Of a stretch of 64,000 bases of DNA, positions 40,701 through 52,885 are shown piece after piece. The notes beneath the pieces were generated by a model. The model saw only the letters and a list, made by a program, of their open reading frames with translations. It was not told the origin of the DNA and made no database searches. This DNA comes from Takakia lepidozioides (taxonomy: Eukaryota > Plantae > Bryophyta). The translations under genes were made by a program, and so were the position numbers. The stretch is from contig CM060733.1 in NCBI GenBank assembly GCA_030704615.1, forward strand, positions 2,170,001 to 2,234,000, read 5' to 3'. Each line of letters begins with the position of its first letter. Position 1 is the first letter of the stretch.

Positions 40701-41569
40701 CAAGCAGGTATCTTATTACAGCAAAGATAAAATTCCTCGTTTGAAAAATGTGTATCTATCATGAGGTTAACATTTCCTCGTATATTGTCTATATGTCTAT
40801 CACTGAGTATCTCAATTACAACGTCTATGATGTATAAACCTTCAACTATGGTATATCTACAACATCATGTAGTGTGTTTTGACTCACTGTTGCAAGTGCC
40901 TGACTCCAAACCATGCCTACAAGATATTGAAAGACTCTCGCTGTAAGGTTTTGGCTCTATCAGGATAACCTCTAATTAGGGCTTCCATTGGTAAGTCTAC
41001 GATCATGTGGGGAATGCAACCTCTTCAACACATTTGTGACTGCAGTTGTGACTGTAGTAAAGTCAGAGACGGTAATATTGATATAACAATGTTGCAGATA
41101 TGTCCAAAATGAGTGGAGGTCATGGGTGTACTCTCCTAGAACTTGCCCCGTTTGTGTCTTGTTACCTCACTTGAGAGAGTCTCCTCCATTGTTGGCTTCC
41201 CAAAAATCAATGTCCTGATTATCATAAACTGTTGAGGCTTTCTTACGACACGATGGAACTACAACGCTTATTTCACGATCTTGTACATTGAGCAAGTTGA
41301 AACTGTCGTGATGAGAATCAAAAACCTATCGGCTTCTTTAACAATAGACCAATCATTGCAGGCCTTCGGAAGCCTAAGAAGCCCACTGTCCAAATTAATA
41401 ATGACCGAATAAGCATTCATGACTCACAACACTAAAATAGAATAGAATACAAAGTAATTGGACTTAACTACCAACTACCTAGCCCTCATAGTACTAATTG
41501 TGCTAAATATCTTCATCTTTTTGTATTTTTCGTTCTATTCATTGAGAGCATCTTCAAACCTTAGATGGA

Positions 41570-43030
41570 TGTCATTTCTGATATGATTCATTGCATGGTC
41601 ATGTCCCTTACCATTTTGTCACTGCAATTGTACCTGCAAAACCAGCAATAAACAGGGGCAATACCATTATACAATGTTTCATCCATGTAAACAGCTCCCA
41701 TGACCAATCTCAACCATTTTCACCATGAAAAAGAATGTGAAATACAACAAATCAATTAGATAATGCACTCACTTCCCCCTAAGATTTGACGTCACGATGC
41801 CCGGATATTTCCATCCCAAAGTCTCTAGGAACAAACGCATCCTCCATTCTCGTAATGCCAATGTTGCGTCAAGTTTTGTTACTGATTTGCTTGCCTTTGA
41901 GCCCAGGAATGTCTTACATCAATCTCTTTGTGAGCATTCTGAGGGTGTTCCTACCGACATGACCTTCCAAAAACCACTAGATAGCCGGATCAGTAGCCTT
42001 GCACTTTGGTTTTGGTGTTAAGAAGAGAGGATGAGGACCAAACTCTTTAGCATTCCAAGTCGGATAATGCTTCATCAACAACTTGTATGTCTCAATGACA
42101 TCTATAATATGGCAATAAATTGGAAGACGATGATTATCAACCCCACACCGTCAGACATCAAGCTTCTAATTCTTACAAATCCCCTGACTGTACCTCAAGA
42201 CAAGTCCCATCCAGATGTGTTATGTAAACTGGTGTAAACTGAAATCAGTGGCATCAACTTTCCGAAGTTCATCACCACCACGAATGAAGAAGTTTCTTGT
42301 ACTAAAATAACCGAATCTTAGGTTGAGTGTTACACTGGTATTTATCTTTGTGCTAACTTCAGCAATAGTCAAGGAATCACTTTTCTTGCTTGATCTTTCA
42401 AGTCCAGCTTTGGATGCTTGAACAACGGCCTCATCACCGGCAAGTTTCACACGAGTATATCGTGCATATGCAAAAATGTTAAAATGAATCGTAGTAATGT
42501 CAGTTTCAGCAATGTCATTGTGCTTGTCGTGATCGAATGATCCTGCCGATCGCTCTCAGTAGACCAGCGATACTGCGCACACACAAGTCAGTTATACAAG
42601 TAAGATTATAATCCTAATAATTCTAACGACTTGATTAGCTAAATATCCGATATAGACAATGTGAGAAACTCCTACCAAAAGTCTATTCCAATCATAAGAG
42701 ATAAATGAAACAAAGCCTAAAATGATATGAATCTGCTCAATGCCAGAATATCAATAAGGAATTAGATAGACTTATATTTTACCACACAAAAGTTCTAATT
42801 CATACCTTCGGGGTGGATACAATGATCCATCTTTCTTGGTGACATGAAGGATGAACAAAGACAAACTTCTTCACCTCGTCAGTTTGTTCTGACAAATCCT
42901 CAATGGGTTTTTGTGTGTTGTAACCCCGGAACACTCTCCAAGCATTGAAAGCCTTTCGAGCCCAATCTTCCCTAGGTTTGCTACGGCGATGACCTCCATT
43001 GTTGATATTTTCAAGCTCTTTCGGATCCAC
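41570..43030 (-). mobile_element. Crypton-like (DUF3504/ZMYM-QRICH1-type) tyrosine recombinase pseudogene with introns
   Basis: Reconstructed as EDWARKAFNAW...LFILHVTKKDGSLYPP / SIAGLLRAIGRII / FFIRGGDELR / PLFLTP...WF...VGRNTL / ISNKT*RNIGITRM...VP...MEISGHRDVKS / Y. Putative GT-AG introns at ~42806-42574 and ~41772-41635. Confidence 0.75.
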
Positions 43031-46000
43031 ATCTCGAAAGCGAGATTAATTCATAACAGCCACGTCATGACCACAAAATTCATCATCGTCATTATCTCCT
43101 AAAGTTGGTTCTTCTTCCAAACAATCATCAAAATCTTCTGACTCATATTGAAACTCATTGGGAAGCACATTTGACGGTAAATTGTCATTGATGATTTATG
43201 ATATCCCCAGATCAAATGATGGAGCCTCTGCATGGACTCCTTTACAGTGTCCTCTTCCTCCATATCTGCAACAAACAAATAATAGCATCAATGAACCAAC
43301 AAGCATATCATTGAATTGGTATTTTTGTATAAACTCAAGAGCTCAAATCTGTAGGATAATAGCAAAGAAATTTCACCTTCACAGGAGAATTAGAAATCCT
43401 TGCAAGAACATACACATAAATGGTAAGAGATTGAGTCTTGAGACTCAGGGTGTAGATCTTGTCGAAAATAAACTCAGAGATAGGCGTAGGCTGGAAAAGA
43501 GAACGCTGGAATGAAATCGTAGAAAGAAAAATGTGTATTCCACAGACGCGGGAATGAAATTGTGGAGGATAAAAATATTTTAAAAAAATCGTGAAAAAAT
43601 CGTAAAAAAAGATGTATTCGTTTCTTTATGCAGGTAAAGCCCCAGCCCTCGGCCATTACCTAGTTCTCGGCCCTAGGTCTTGGGCTGCACCCTCGACCTG
43701 GCTTCGAACCAGGTAATGACCTTGTGCCTAGGCTTTACCCTACACGTAAAGAACTGCCTGAGAATTGCGCTGTGTGTAATTAGTCTCCTTACCTGGTGCA
43801 ATCTTCAATATGACGATGTCCAACAAATGATGATCTTACGTTTTCGTAAGATCCCTATAGTTTTGCCGCAGGAGCCTTATAAATTCGTAAGGCTACACTT
43901 TGGGCAGTTCTTTACGTAGGAGAAAGGCATGCGTGTCGGACCTTCCCCCATTTTTGGGACCTGGCCGAGGGCTACCACCCTCGTCTACGGCCCACAAATG
44001 GTGGAAGACCCTCCACTTATGCCCTTCTCCTACACAAAACTACACACTACAAAATCATAACCAATATTTTAAATATACATTGTGGTGGTGGTCTTACAAT
44101 ATTTGGGCATTTGTGCCGATCTCATTGACCTTATGATCTTGACTCAAACAACATCCAATTTACAAACATTTTGTTTGGGAAAATCATAACCTTTCAAAAA
44201 TATGAGATAAGATTTTTTTAATGAATAAATATTCTAGTTTAATAACCATATTCAAATTTTAAAAATACTTCTCATTGAGTCAAAAAATGACCATGCACTC
44301 CCGACTACTCGTTTGTCTAGTTGATCACCACATCTTAAGATGATATGAAAAGATCTAAACACATGAGGAAAAAAATGTCATAATCAAGCATTTAGCTTTT
44401 AATTTGTAGTCTACTACCTCAGTCATTCAAGTCTTTACTAACATCTTTCAACTACACATTGCAATGCTATAGCCCTTCAGTTACTTCTAATAGTAATTGC
44501 CTCTGCCAATATATTTTCGGGGCCTCCGTTCTCTTTTAGTAAATTAAGAAAAAAGTACGAAAACACTTTTTAGAACATGCAACACTTAATATAACATATG
44601 TGACAGACCATGACTCGATGAGCCAATAGTATCTTGTATATGCCGGTAAAACACCCTATCACCAACCACCAATACCCCATTACTTGTCAATCTGACATGC
44701 AATCTATGGGGTGAATGTTGGGCATGGGTGGACCTATAATAAGTTACATTTGCTGAGCGGGGCATTGTATGGTAATAGGCGCACGATTGATTGTCATATG
44801 GACCCCACTTGCATAGACTATGGATGAATGTGATCATCTAGGGCCCACCTTTTCATTGTCATACGGAGCCCACTTGCATGGTCATGCACAGATGAAAGGA
44901 CTATGGATGAATGTGATCATAGGGTCCACCCCTAAAAAGGGGCAGTAGCCGCAAGGCGAAGTGGCTCTTAGCTGTTACGCCGGCTTTGGCCGGAGTCTTC
45001 TTCTTCTCTTCTCTTCTGAATGTGATCTTGACAACTTTGGGTTTTTATCATATCGGGGTTTTGTCATACATTACACACTTTTAGGGTTTCCACTAGTCAT
45101 TGTTCAGTCTTCCAGCGCTTCTATTTCGACTTTGAGTGAACGCTCTTTGCAATTTGAATATATATTTTGAACCTTTCTGATTGTTGAAAATCCCCTGTGC
45201 CCATCGTTGTCACGAGAAGGACGAGAACTGGCTCGGCAAAGAAGGCACTCTTCAACCCCCCGAGGGGGCACCCTTTTGAGTCGGTGGAAATGAAGAGGCC
45301 AAAAGTGGATCCTGATACAGTAGTCCAGTGTATAAATGAGAGTTTCTTGGCGGCTTTGGATGGACGGGCAGCCAAGTTGGCATACATGAAGACCATGGAG
45401 GGTCTGAAGGGCAGAGCACTGAAGAAGGCGGCTGCCGAAGAGCCTTCCGACACCCCTGGGTTTCTGAAGATGGTCTCGTTCTTTGAGAGGGTGTGTGCAG
45501 ACAAGGATTGCAGGAGGGGCAGAAATGCCACCGAGTGGTCTTGCGATATGATCATCTTGGATATTCCGGACGGCAACAAGCATTTGCATAGTAGTTTGAA
45601 ACTTCAGCTCCCATATGCTTATATGATGGGTTCTTCTCTTATATCCTTATTTGTTCTCTTGTAATAATTGTTCTAATGTTCCTCATATTCTCTTTTAGCA
45701 TTGAAGGCTTAATCTCCCTATGTGGACATAGATGACATCCACTGTGAAAAAAATGCGTTCTGGGAAGAAGATAGAGTCAATGAAAATGTGGTTGCCTAAG
45801 GGGATAAAAGAGGATGGGGAGGAAGAAGACTTAGATTGGGATAAATTTAGATCGTTTCATGAATTCATAGAAGGTCAGCCACTCTACAAAACCTATGCAT
45901 AGGAAAATCTCAAATATTTGTATGAATTTATAGAAAGTTGTGTGCGTCATAGGTCTTTTCAATCATGGGGGAAGGATCCTTACATAGGACTAGAGAAACC

Positions 46001-46796
46001 AAAAGGGTTGAACTTAGCAAAGTGGTACAAAGATCGTGGATTGGAGTGGCTAGTGAAACTGATTCATATCCCATATACTAGACACTAGTTTGAAAATGAA
46101 ATAATTACTTAGTCATTGATGTGTTTGTAGTTGGATCAATACTGCATTGCAATGGTCAACAGAAGATTTACTTCTCATTTCACAAATATGACCAAGAAGA
46201 AGAAGCTTGTCAAAGGTGGTCATACATTAGAATCAATAGCTTGCAATGCTTTTGCTCAAGCCAACAAAAGAGGGAAGTAAGCAAACCGGTTAAAATCAAC
46301 GCCAGCTCCAGCCCCTATTGAACTCCTTTGTGCAACACCAACTCTACCATCCACAATCCCGAGTCAACAAGAAAGCATGATGGTGGTAGTCAGATTTTGC
46401 TAGCCAAACTTTTGTTTGGGTAGCAGTTCCTGAGTTGACTGTTAGTTTAGTCGATAGACTGGATTGGATCTAACAAGGGTGATACTGTAATGTGACAGGC
46501 TGGTGGAGGAGGCAGAATATCAATCAGCCAGAGAGCTAAACCCTGGTGGATGTGAATTGGTATGTAGTATTGAGTATTTATTGAGCATTTATACATACAC
46601 ACTCACAAAGAATTTAGCAATTTTGGCAATTCTGGCTGTTGAGTTCCATGGATGTTATCTGAATTAGAAGGTAAATGATGTATGTGCCTAAGTTTGATGC
46701 CAATGTTGCAGTCCCTTTTGACCTGTAATATGCTACATCAAAGAACCAGCAGCCCTTTTGACACTTTCAAAGAACCAGCAACCCTACTAGATATCA

Positions 46797-47663
46797 TGTC
46801 GCGGCCCTTTGCTTTGAGGGCAGGGGGTCGGGACACATGAGGGGCTGCCCCTGTGGTGGGGGCAGCGGCAGCGATAGGTATGGGGGGCTGAAGCACCCTT
46901 GAGTGCCCAAAGCACTTAAGGAGGCGGAGGCACTCACTGTCGCGGCCCTTTGCCTTGAGGGCAGGGGGGGTCGGGACACAAGAGGGGCTGCCCCTGTGGT
47001 GGGGGCAGTAGCAGCGATAAGTACGGGGGCTGAAGCACCCTTGAGTGCCCAAGGCACTCAAGGAGGCGGAGGCGCTCACTAGGTGGAGCCCCGCACACCG
47101 GGTTGCGGTGGGGTGGCTCCACAAGGGGTGGTGGTAGCTTAGCGGGACTTAGTGGGGGTGGCATAGGACTCACCATGGGGTGGAGACCTCGAGGTGGGAG
47201 TAGTGGGGAGTGTTGGGACTCATCACGGTCCATTGGGGCCGCGGTGAGTGGGCCAAGACTCACCGCGACTCACCACCGGGAATCGAGGGTCTTCGTGGTG
47301 GTTCGCCATAAAATGGCATGGCTGGTTGTGAAACCCCCGCGGACAGCTACAGAAGTATATATAGGGAGTAGTAACCCCGAGAACGGTGCAAGCCCGTTGG
47401 TGACCAAAAACTAGTGAGTAAGCGAACGAGCCGGAAAGCGACCAAAGAGTGGGGAGCTGTTCCGGACTGCCAACTACAAAAGGGAATTCCCGCTGGTTCC
47501 AAATCGGTGGAGGGTTCTTTGGGAGAACAAAGGGGGACCGTTATGCCCCGGTGAGCAGCCGAAGCTCCAAGTTGGCCCGGCGGCCAGGTTGGGAGTCAGG
47601 CGCGCGCATCAAAGCGAGTAATTATGACTTGAGGGGGAGCTTACCGAAGGGAGGTGCGCGACA
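46797..47663 (+). repeat. 5' LTR of a Ty3/Gypsy element, with a 141-bp tandem duplication of its start
   Basis: TGTCGC...GCGACA termini. 46797-46937 is repeated at 46938-47079. TATA-like tatatata near 47355. Confidence 0.85.
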
Positions 47664-47665
47664 TT

Positions 47666-47677
47666 TGGTATCAGAGC
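47666..47677 (+). other. Primer binding site, tRNA-iMet
   Basis: TGGTATCAGAGC, 2 nt after the LTR end. Confidence 0.9.
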
Positions 47678-47718
47678 TTAGAGTTCAGTACGCGATCGTC
47701 CTTGGGATTGGCCTCATC

Positions 47719-49023
47719 ATGGGGTTGAGCAAGCCGAAGCGAAAGCGGAACGGCCCAAAAGATGATGATCCTGGTGAGTCCAATGGGGGCGACGTGTCAC
47801 CGAGGCGGCCGTTTGAGGAAGCGATGCATGTTTCCGAAAACGAGGCCGCTCAAGAGCGGGAGGAATCCGAGGAGTCGGAGCCCGAGGAATCCTGGAGAGC
47901 TCCGACAAACCAACAGATGTCTCCCATGCCGGCAGCCTTTTGGGAAGGGTTGTTGGCGCAGTTTGGCGGGACGTTGAAAGACGTGTTGAAGGCGGCTAAT
48001 GCCACTTCCACTAAGGCAAAGTTTAAGGTGAAGCCTAAGAAACCCGGCACTTTCGAGGGCGTCCGAAATCGGAAGGCACTCAACACCTGGCTCCTAGAGC
48101 TAGAGCAGTACTTCCGGGCGGCCAAGTTGAGTGACGAGGATCGGGTGGAAGTGGCTCCCACCTATTTGAGGGGCTATGCTCAACAATGGTGGCAAAAACG
48201 CCTTCACGACCGAGGCCCAAGCCCGGAAACCTTGAACTGGAGTGGGTTCAAGGAATTGATGAAGAGACAGTTTGTGCCCATCAACGCATCCTGGCTTGCC
48301 CGGGACAAGATGAGGAATTTGAAGCAAACAGATGACATTTGGGGGTATGTCCAGGCTTTCAATGTGCTGTTGCTCGAAGTCACGGACATGGCAGAACCAG
48401 AAATGGTCTTCAACTTTGTGGCGGGACTGGCCCCATGGGCCAGGCGGAAGTTGGAGGAGAAGCCACCCAAGACTTTGAACGAGGCAATTGAGAGGGCTGA
48501 ATGTTTCTCGAATGTCCCTAGGGGTGAGAGACAAGGCCGTACGGAGCTGAACCACAAGAAGACCCGGCGGGAAGGTGACTCCTTCCGACCGGAAAAAAAG
48601 TGGGATAGGCCACGCGGCGACAATGGCACGTGGAAATCGAAGGGAGGGCCTTCACACGTCAAGGCGGCACCCGGTGCTTCGAAAGGAAAAGCGGGTGGAG
48701 CGGCTTCTGGTGGACAGAAGGCAACCTTTGATGGAGTGTGTTTCAATTGCGGGGAGCCCGGGCACATGGCCAAGAAGTGCACAAAACCTCGACAATTGAA
48801 CATGACTCGGGCAACCACGGATCTGTCGGAAGATATCATCAGTCGCTTGGTGGAAGCGGTGGTCGCCAGGACTTGCAAGGTAGGCAACTATTCTTGTGAG
48901 TTGTATCATGAAACTGGCGCCCTGCGTAAAGGGAGTCAGTTATTGTTCGTGAATGAACTTGCTTCACTAAAAGATACATTTCATGTAGATGAAGAGTGGC
49001 CCGAGTCCCACTATGCGATATAA
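47719..49023 (+). CDS. Ty3/Gypsy gag (capsid + CCHC knuckle), open frame but fused to unrelated sequence after ~48825; no pol
   Basis: KPKKPGTFEG...WLLELEQYF...YLRGYAQQWW...LKQT...YVQAF...FVAGL; CFNCGEPGHMAKKC. No protease or RT follows. Confidence 0.88.
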   Translation: MGLSKPKRKRNGPKDDDPGESNGGDVSPRRPFEEAMHVSENEAAQEREESEESEPEESWRAPTNQQMSPMPAAFWEGLLAQFGGTLKDVLKAANATSTKAKFKVKPKKPGTFEGVRNRKALNTWLLELEQYFRAAKLSDEDRVEVAPTYLRGYAQQWWQKRLHDRGPSPETLNWSGFKELMKRQFVPINASWLARDKMRNLKQTDDIWGYVQAFNVLLLEVTDMAEPEMVFNFVAGLAPWARRKLEEKPPKTLNEAIERAECFSNVPRGERQGRTELNHKKTRREGDSFRPEKKWDRPRGDNGTWKSKGGPSHVKAAPGASKGKAGGAASGGQKATFDGVCFNCGEPGHMAKKCTKPRQLNMTRATTDLSEDIISRLVEAVVARTCKVGNYSCELYHETGALRKGSQLLFVNELASLKDTFHVDEEWPESHYAI

Positions 49024-49945
49024 CGAAAATATAAAATAGAAAATAAAATAGAAAATAAAATAGAAATAATAGCTTGTACTAGGAAAAATAGAAATAATAT
49101 CATAATGTCTGTTACTGTCAACTTTAGATGGTTCATATCTTTCAGCATGGATGAATCTAGCGACTATAATTTTTCCATAATCATCAAATCAAAACTTTGA
49201 AAAACCTTGGGACTTCTTGTGTAGGCCACAGAGTGGACTTTTTCTAGTCACACTAGCTTGCTTTCACCCATCTAGATGTAGTCATACAATGGGCTTTGAA
49301 GGATAGAATGGTGATTTGATCAAGTTGTGTTGAGACAACATTCAAGTTCTCTAACCGTATATGGCCGTAGGAAATGTTGTCACAAACGCAAAGTTTATCT
49401 TAGAGAGATGAAGGAAGACTATAGCCAATTTGTGTGTGGACATAGATGTAGGCCTTCCAGTAGGCATGTGTATCTCAGAGAGAACATGCATTACTCTGAA
49501 AATACCCTTGACAATACGATATACTAGAAAGATTGTACAACATGAGGGTTCACTAGGAAGAAGTAGAATCAGCCATGTGGATAAGCTTTCTTAGTGTGGC
49601 ATGATTCCCTCAATTTTACGAATCTCTGGAAGGTTTAAATTTGTAATGGATCCGTAGAAAAATAATGCTAAATGTTCATGTTACATGTCAAAGTAGTATC
49701 ATTATCATTTGTTGAGGTTCCTGCAAAACATGTATATGACCCATGATATGTTGCATCCCAATATATATGTTTTCTTGTTCATTTGCTCGTTTGCTTGGCT
49801 CTAACTTTGAATCTTTCTATCATTGATTTTCTACCATCTAATCTGATTGAAAATAGATGTTCATGAGCTCTGAATATGATGTGCAATATGGCTCCCCTTT
49901 CCACTTTCATAAATCAGGGTTAGTTCTGCCTTGAAGAAGCTCTGT

Positions 49946-50475
49946 GGAACAAGCAGCTCATTTCACCTCGAGACAAAGTAGAAAGTATAATATTTTAGCC
50001 TCTACTGTATGTGGGAACAAACAACATTTCACCTCGAGGCAAACTAGAAAACACAATACTAATTTAGCCTCTATTGTAAGTGGGAACAAGAAGCAGTTCA
50101 CCTCGAGGCAAACTAGAAAGCACAATACTTTAGCCTCTATTGTATGTTGGAACAAGTAGCATTTCATCTCGAGGCAAAGTAGAAAGCACAATACTTTAGC
50201 CTCTATGTATGTGAGAATAAGCTGCATTTCACCTCGAGACAAAGTAAAAAGCACAATACTTTAGCCTCTATGGTATGTGGGAATGTCAAGCTGCATTTCA
50301 CCTCGAGGCAAAGTAAAAAGCACAAATATACTTTAGCCTCTATTGTATGTGGGAACAAGCTGCATTTCACCTCAAAGCAAAGTAGAAAGCACAATACTTT
50401 AGCCTCTATGTATGTGGGAACAAGCAAACATTTCACCTCAAGGCAACGTAGAAAGCACAATTCCTCAGCCTCTAT
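49946..50475. repeat. Tandem array of ~66-bp units, about 8 copies
   Basis: Consensus gggaacaagctgcatttcacctcgaggcaaagtagaaagcacaatactttagcctctattgtatgt, with scattered substitutions and small indels and no unique spacers. Confidence 0.92.
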
Positions 50476-51070
50476 AATCTGTTTGGAAATACGACATTTT
50501 CTCCTGTGACGAACTTCCAAGTTCCATTCTTTCCAAGTCCCTCCCCAAGCCCTTTCCCTCTCAATCCAAAGATCAAAAAAGATATTCCTAAGCACTGCTC
50601 TCAAACAAAGGTAATCTTGATCACCATCATACCACTTAGCACACCTAGATTTCCAAATGTGCCAGAGAGTGAGAGAGCGAATGGAGGACTAGACATGGCA
50701 TTTATGCCAGATGTTCCTTCCCTGCAAATTTAGCAAATGAATAGAAACCAAATTGAAGTCTATAATTTTCCAATGAACGTAGAAGGCACGAATTCTGGAC
50801 CAGACTGTCGCAGCAAAGAAGCAATGAAAGAGGCCGTGCTCCAGGGTTTCAATCTCCTGAGCATAACACATTTTGCAGAGAAGAGGGGGGTTAGAAATGT
50901 AAGCCCCAAAAAGAAGGATTATGTGGGCCAGTCTCCAAAGAAAGCCTGAAGCTTTGCATAACAATGTTTCAGCCAAATATCCTTCCAGACTGTTGCCCAG
51001 TTAGTGCCGGAGGCTAAGATACCCCTCCACTTCTTTTCCTATTTACTGATCAAAGGTCGAGAAGGATGAA
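50476..51070 (-). mobile_element. L1-type LINE ORF2 C-terminal (zf-RVT) fragment
   Basis: WKDIW...KASGFLWRLAH...CKMC..EIETLEHGLFHC...LWHIWKSRC, similar in pattern to 19200-19620. Confidence 0.85.
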
Positions 51071-52499
51071 GCATGGAGTATCCGAGCTTGGCTGCGTAAC
51101 CAAAGAAATGGTCTTTCTTCTTAGAAATCTATCTCTATTCACCAGATCGAAAGGTAGATCAGCCACGGTTTGTCTTGCTCAATGTAATCGTTCTAAGGTA
51201 CATTCATGCTTTATAACTCTTCCACTTATGTTTTGTGACCTAAATTGCTTATGAATTGCATGAGTTGGGGGTTCATTCTCAGTGATTTGTGCGAGTAGTG
51301 TATTCCATATTCTGAATGCTACTGAATAAAAATCTAATGGTTTGTGACACAGAACCCTGTGATTTCCCGAATGTGTGCCGTCGACAAGCCAGTACAAGAG
51401 CTCTCAAGTAGCCCTCCTGAGCAGGTCTCACATACATTGAAAGTCAGCTTGGGATAAGTCCATGAGCTTGTACTCACCTTATGATGACATTCATGACATC
51501 ATGGCTTAATTACTAGTATTGGTTCTAGTTCGTGTTAAGTTGTTTCCCACAGTTTGTTGACAAAGATTGTAGTAAACCTGGTTCATTCAGAGAGAGGGAT
51601 AATGTACTCATACATGTTGTTTGCCGCAGCCATGAGGGAGAGAGGGCAGAGAGGAACAAAAAGACAGAAGAGGAAGAACTCATAATGTAGTCATAGACGT
51701 TGTTTGCTGCAGCCATCATGAGGCCAAGGCCTTGACAGACTGTCCAAGGCAGAGAAAGAGAGAGACAATTCACTTATAAGACATTTGTGGTGTGTGAAAT
51801 ACCATTGTATTCGAGGATTCAAAGATTTGCAGGGAATACCGGGTCGACGTCAGGGCAAATCTAAATATATTAAAAAAAAAACCAAAGTTAGTCCATTTTT
51901 ATCTCTTCTTTGACATACCTTAATGGCTGACTTTTGGTCGACGCACTCAGTCCTAGCATGTTCTGTCATTGACCCTGCGCCCAGTTTGAGCAGAACAGAA
52001 GGAAATGGACACAACCTTTGCGAGGGGCTTACTCCTTTGTCTTCCTCCCTCCTTCCCTGGCACTACAGCACTGCCTCCCTGGCCTGCCTCCCTCTTATGC
52101 TTAGTAGAATAAGTCAAGTGTGCAGGGTTTTTTCACTCATAGTTTGTTTTGTTTGGGAGGTGGGATGATAATTTATAGTGGGAGACCAGGTTCGACTAAT
52201 TGACGTGAATTCCAAATGGACAAAGGTTGGATCAGGGCTTGTTGTTGGTCTGCAAGATAGCCAAATAGGTGGAGGGATACCCTGAAGTGTCATGTGAATA
52301 TGTTGTTTACATCAAAGTGGCATGCATCAACGCTCCTCTTCCATATCTCAACGATTTTAGGAAACATAAGGAGTTGGGGGATGTGGTATGAAACACCACA
52401 CTCACAAGAAGCTTTTGGGAATCTTCCTTCAAGAAAAGTTAACTACATTCCCACTGAAAAGCACACAAATTAACACGTCAGAGGAAACAGTGCCACAGT

Positions 52500-52885
52500 G
52501 GAAAAAAATTTCACAGCTCACTTGAATTTTGAGGCCCTTAGACCCAAACGTTAGGCTCCTGTTTTTGTTGGTCTTTTCTTGGTTTCTGATCACCTCTGAG
52601 TTACTTAGCTCTGCAGGTTTGCCTTGAGCCTGTTGGCATAGATGGTAGATAGTAGAGTTTGATTCGTAGATTTATGCCTCGGCAGTTTTTTTTGTGGTCT
52701 GGTTTTCAACAGCTGATTTGTTCAGTTAACCATGACTGGTCTTTTTCGCTCCCTATTGTGGTGCTCTTGAAGGTTTTCCTCCCCATTGTATTGCCTCATG
52801 GCTCCCACGAGGTTATTTTTTCCTTGTTTCTTAATTTGATGAACAAGGCTCCAATCCCTGTGTAAAATTTAAAAAAAAAAAAAAA
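52500..52885 (+). mobile_element. Probable LINE 3'UTR with poly(A) tail
   Basis: T-rich UTR and an aacaagg...ccctgt stem like the 3' end of the 18645 LINE, then A15 at 52871-52885. Left boundary is uncertain. Confidence 0.45.

Noticed and set aside
47449-47718. N-terminal 90 aa of the 524-aa ORF
   Set aside because: This part lies in the LTR/PBS. The plausible gag start is the ATG at 47719.
49946-50475. CRISPR-like array
   Set aside because: Units are homologous along their whole length with no unique spacers, there are no cas genes, and the context is eukaryotic.
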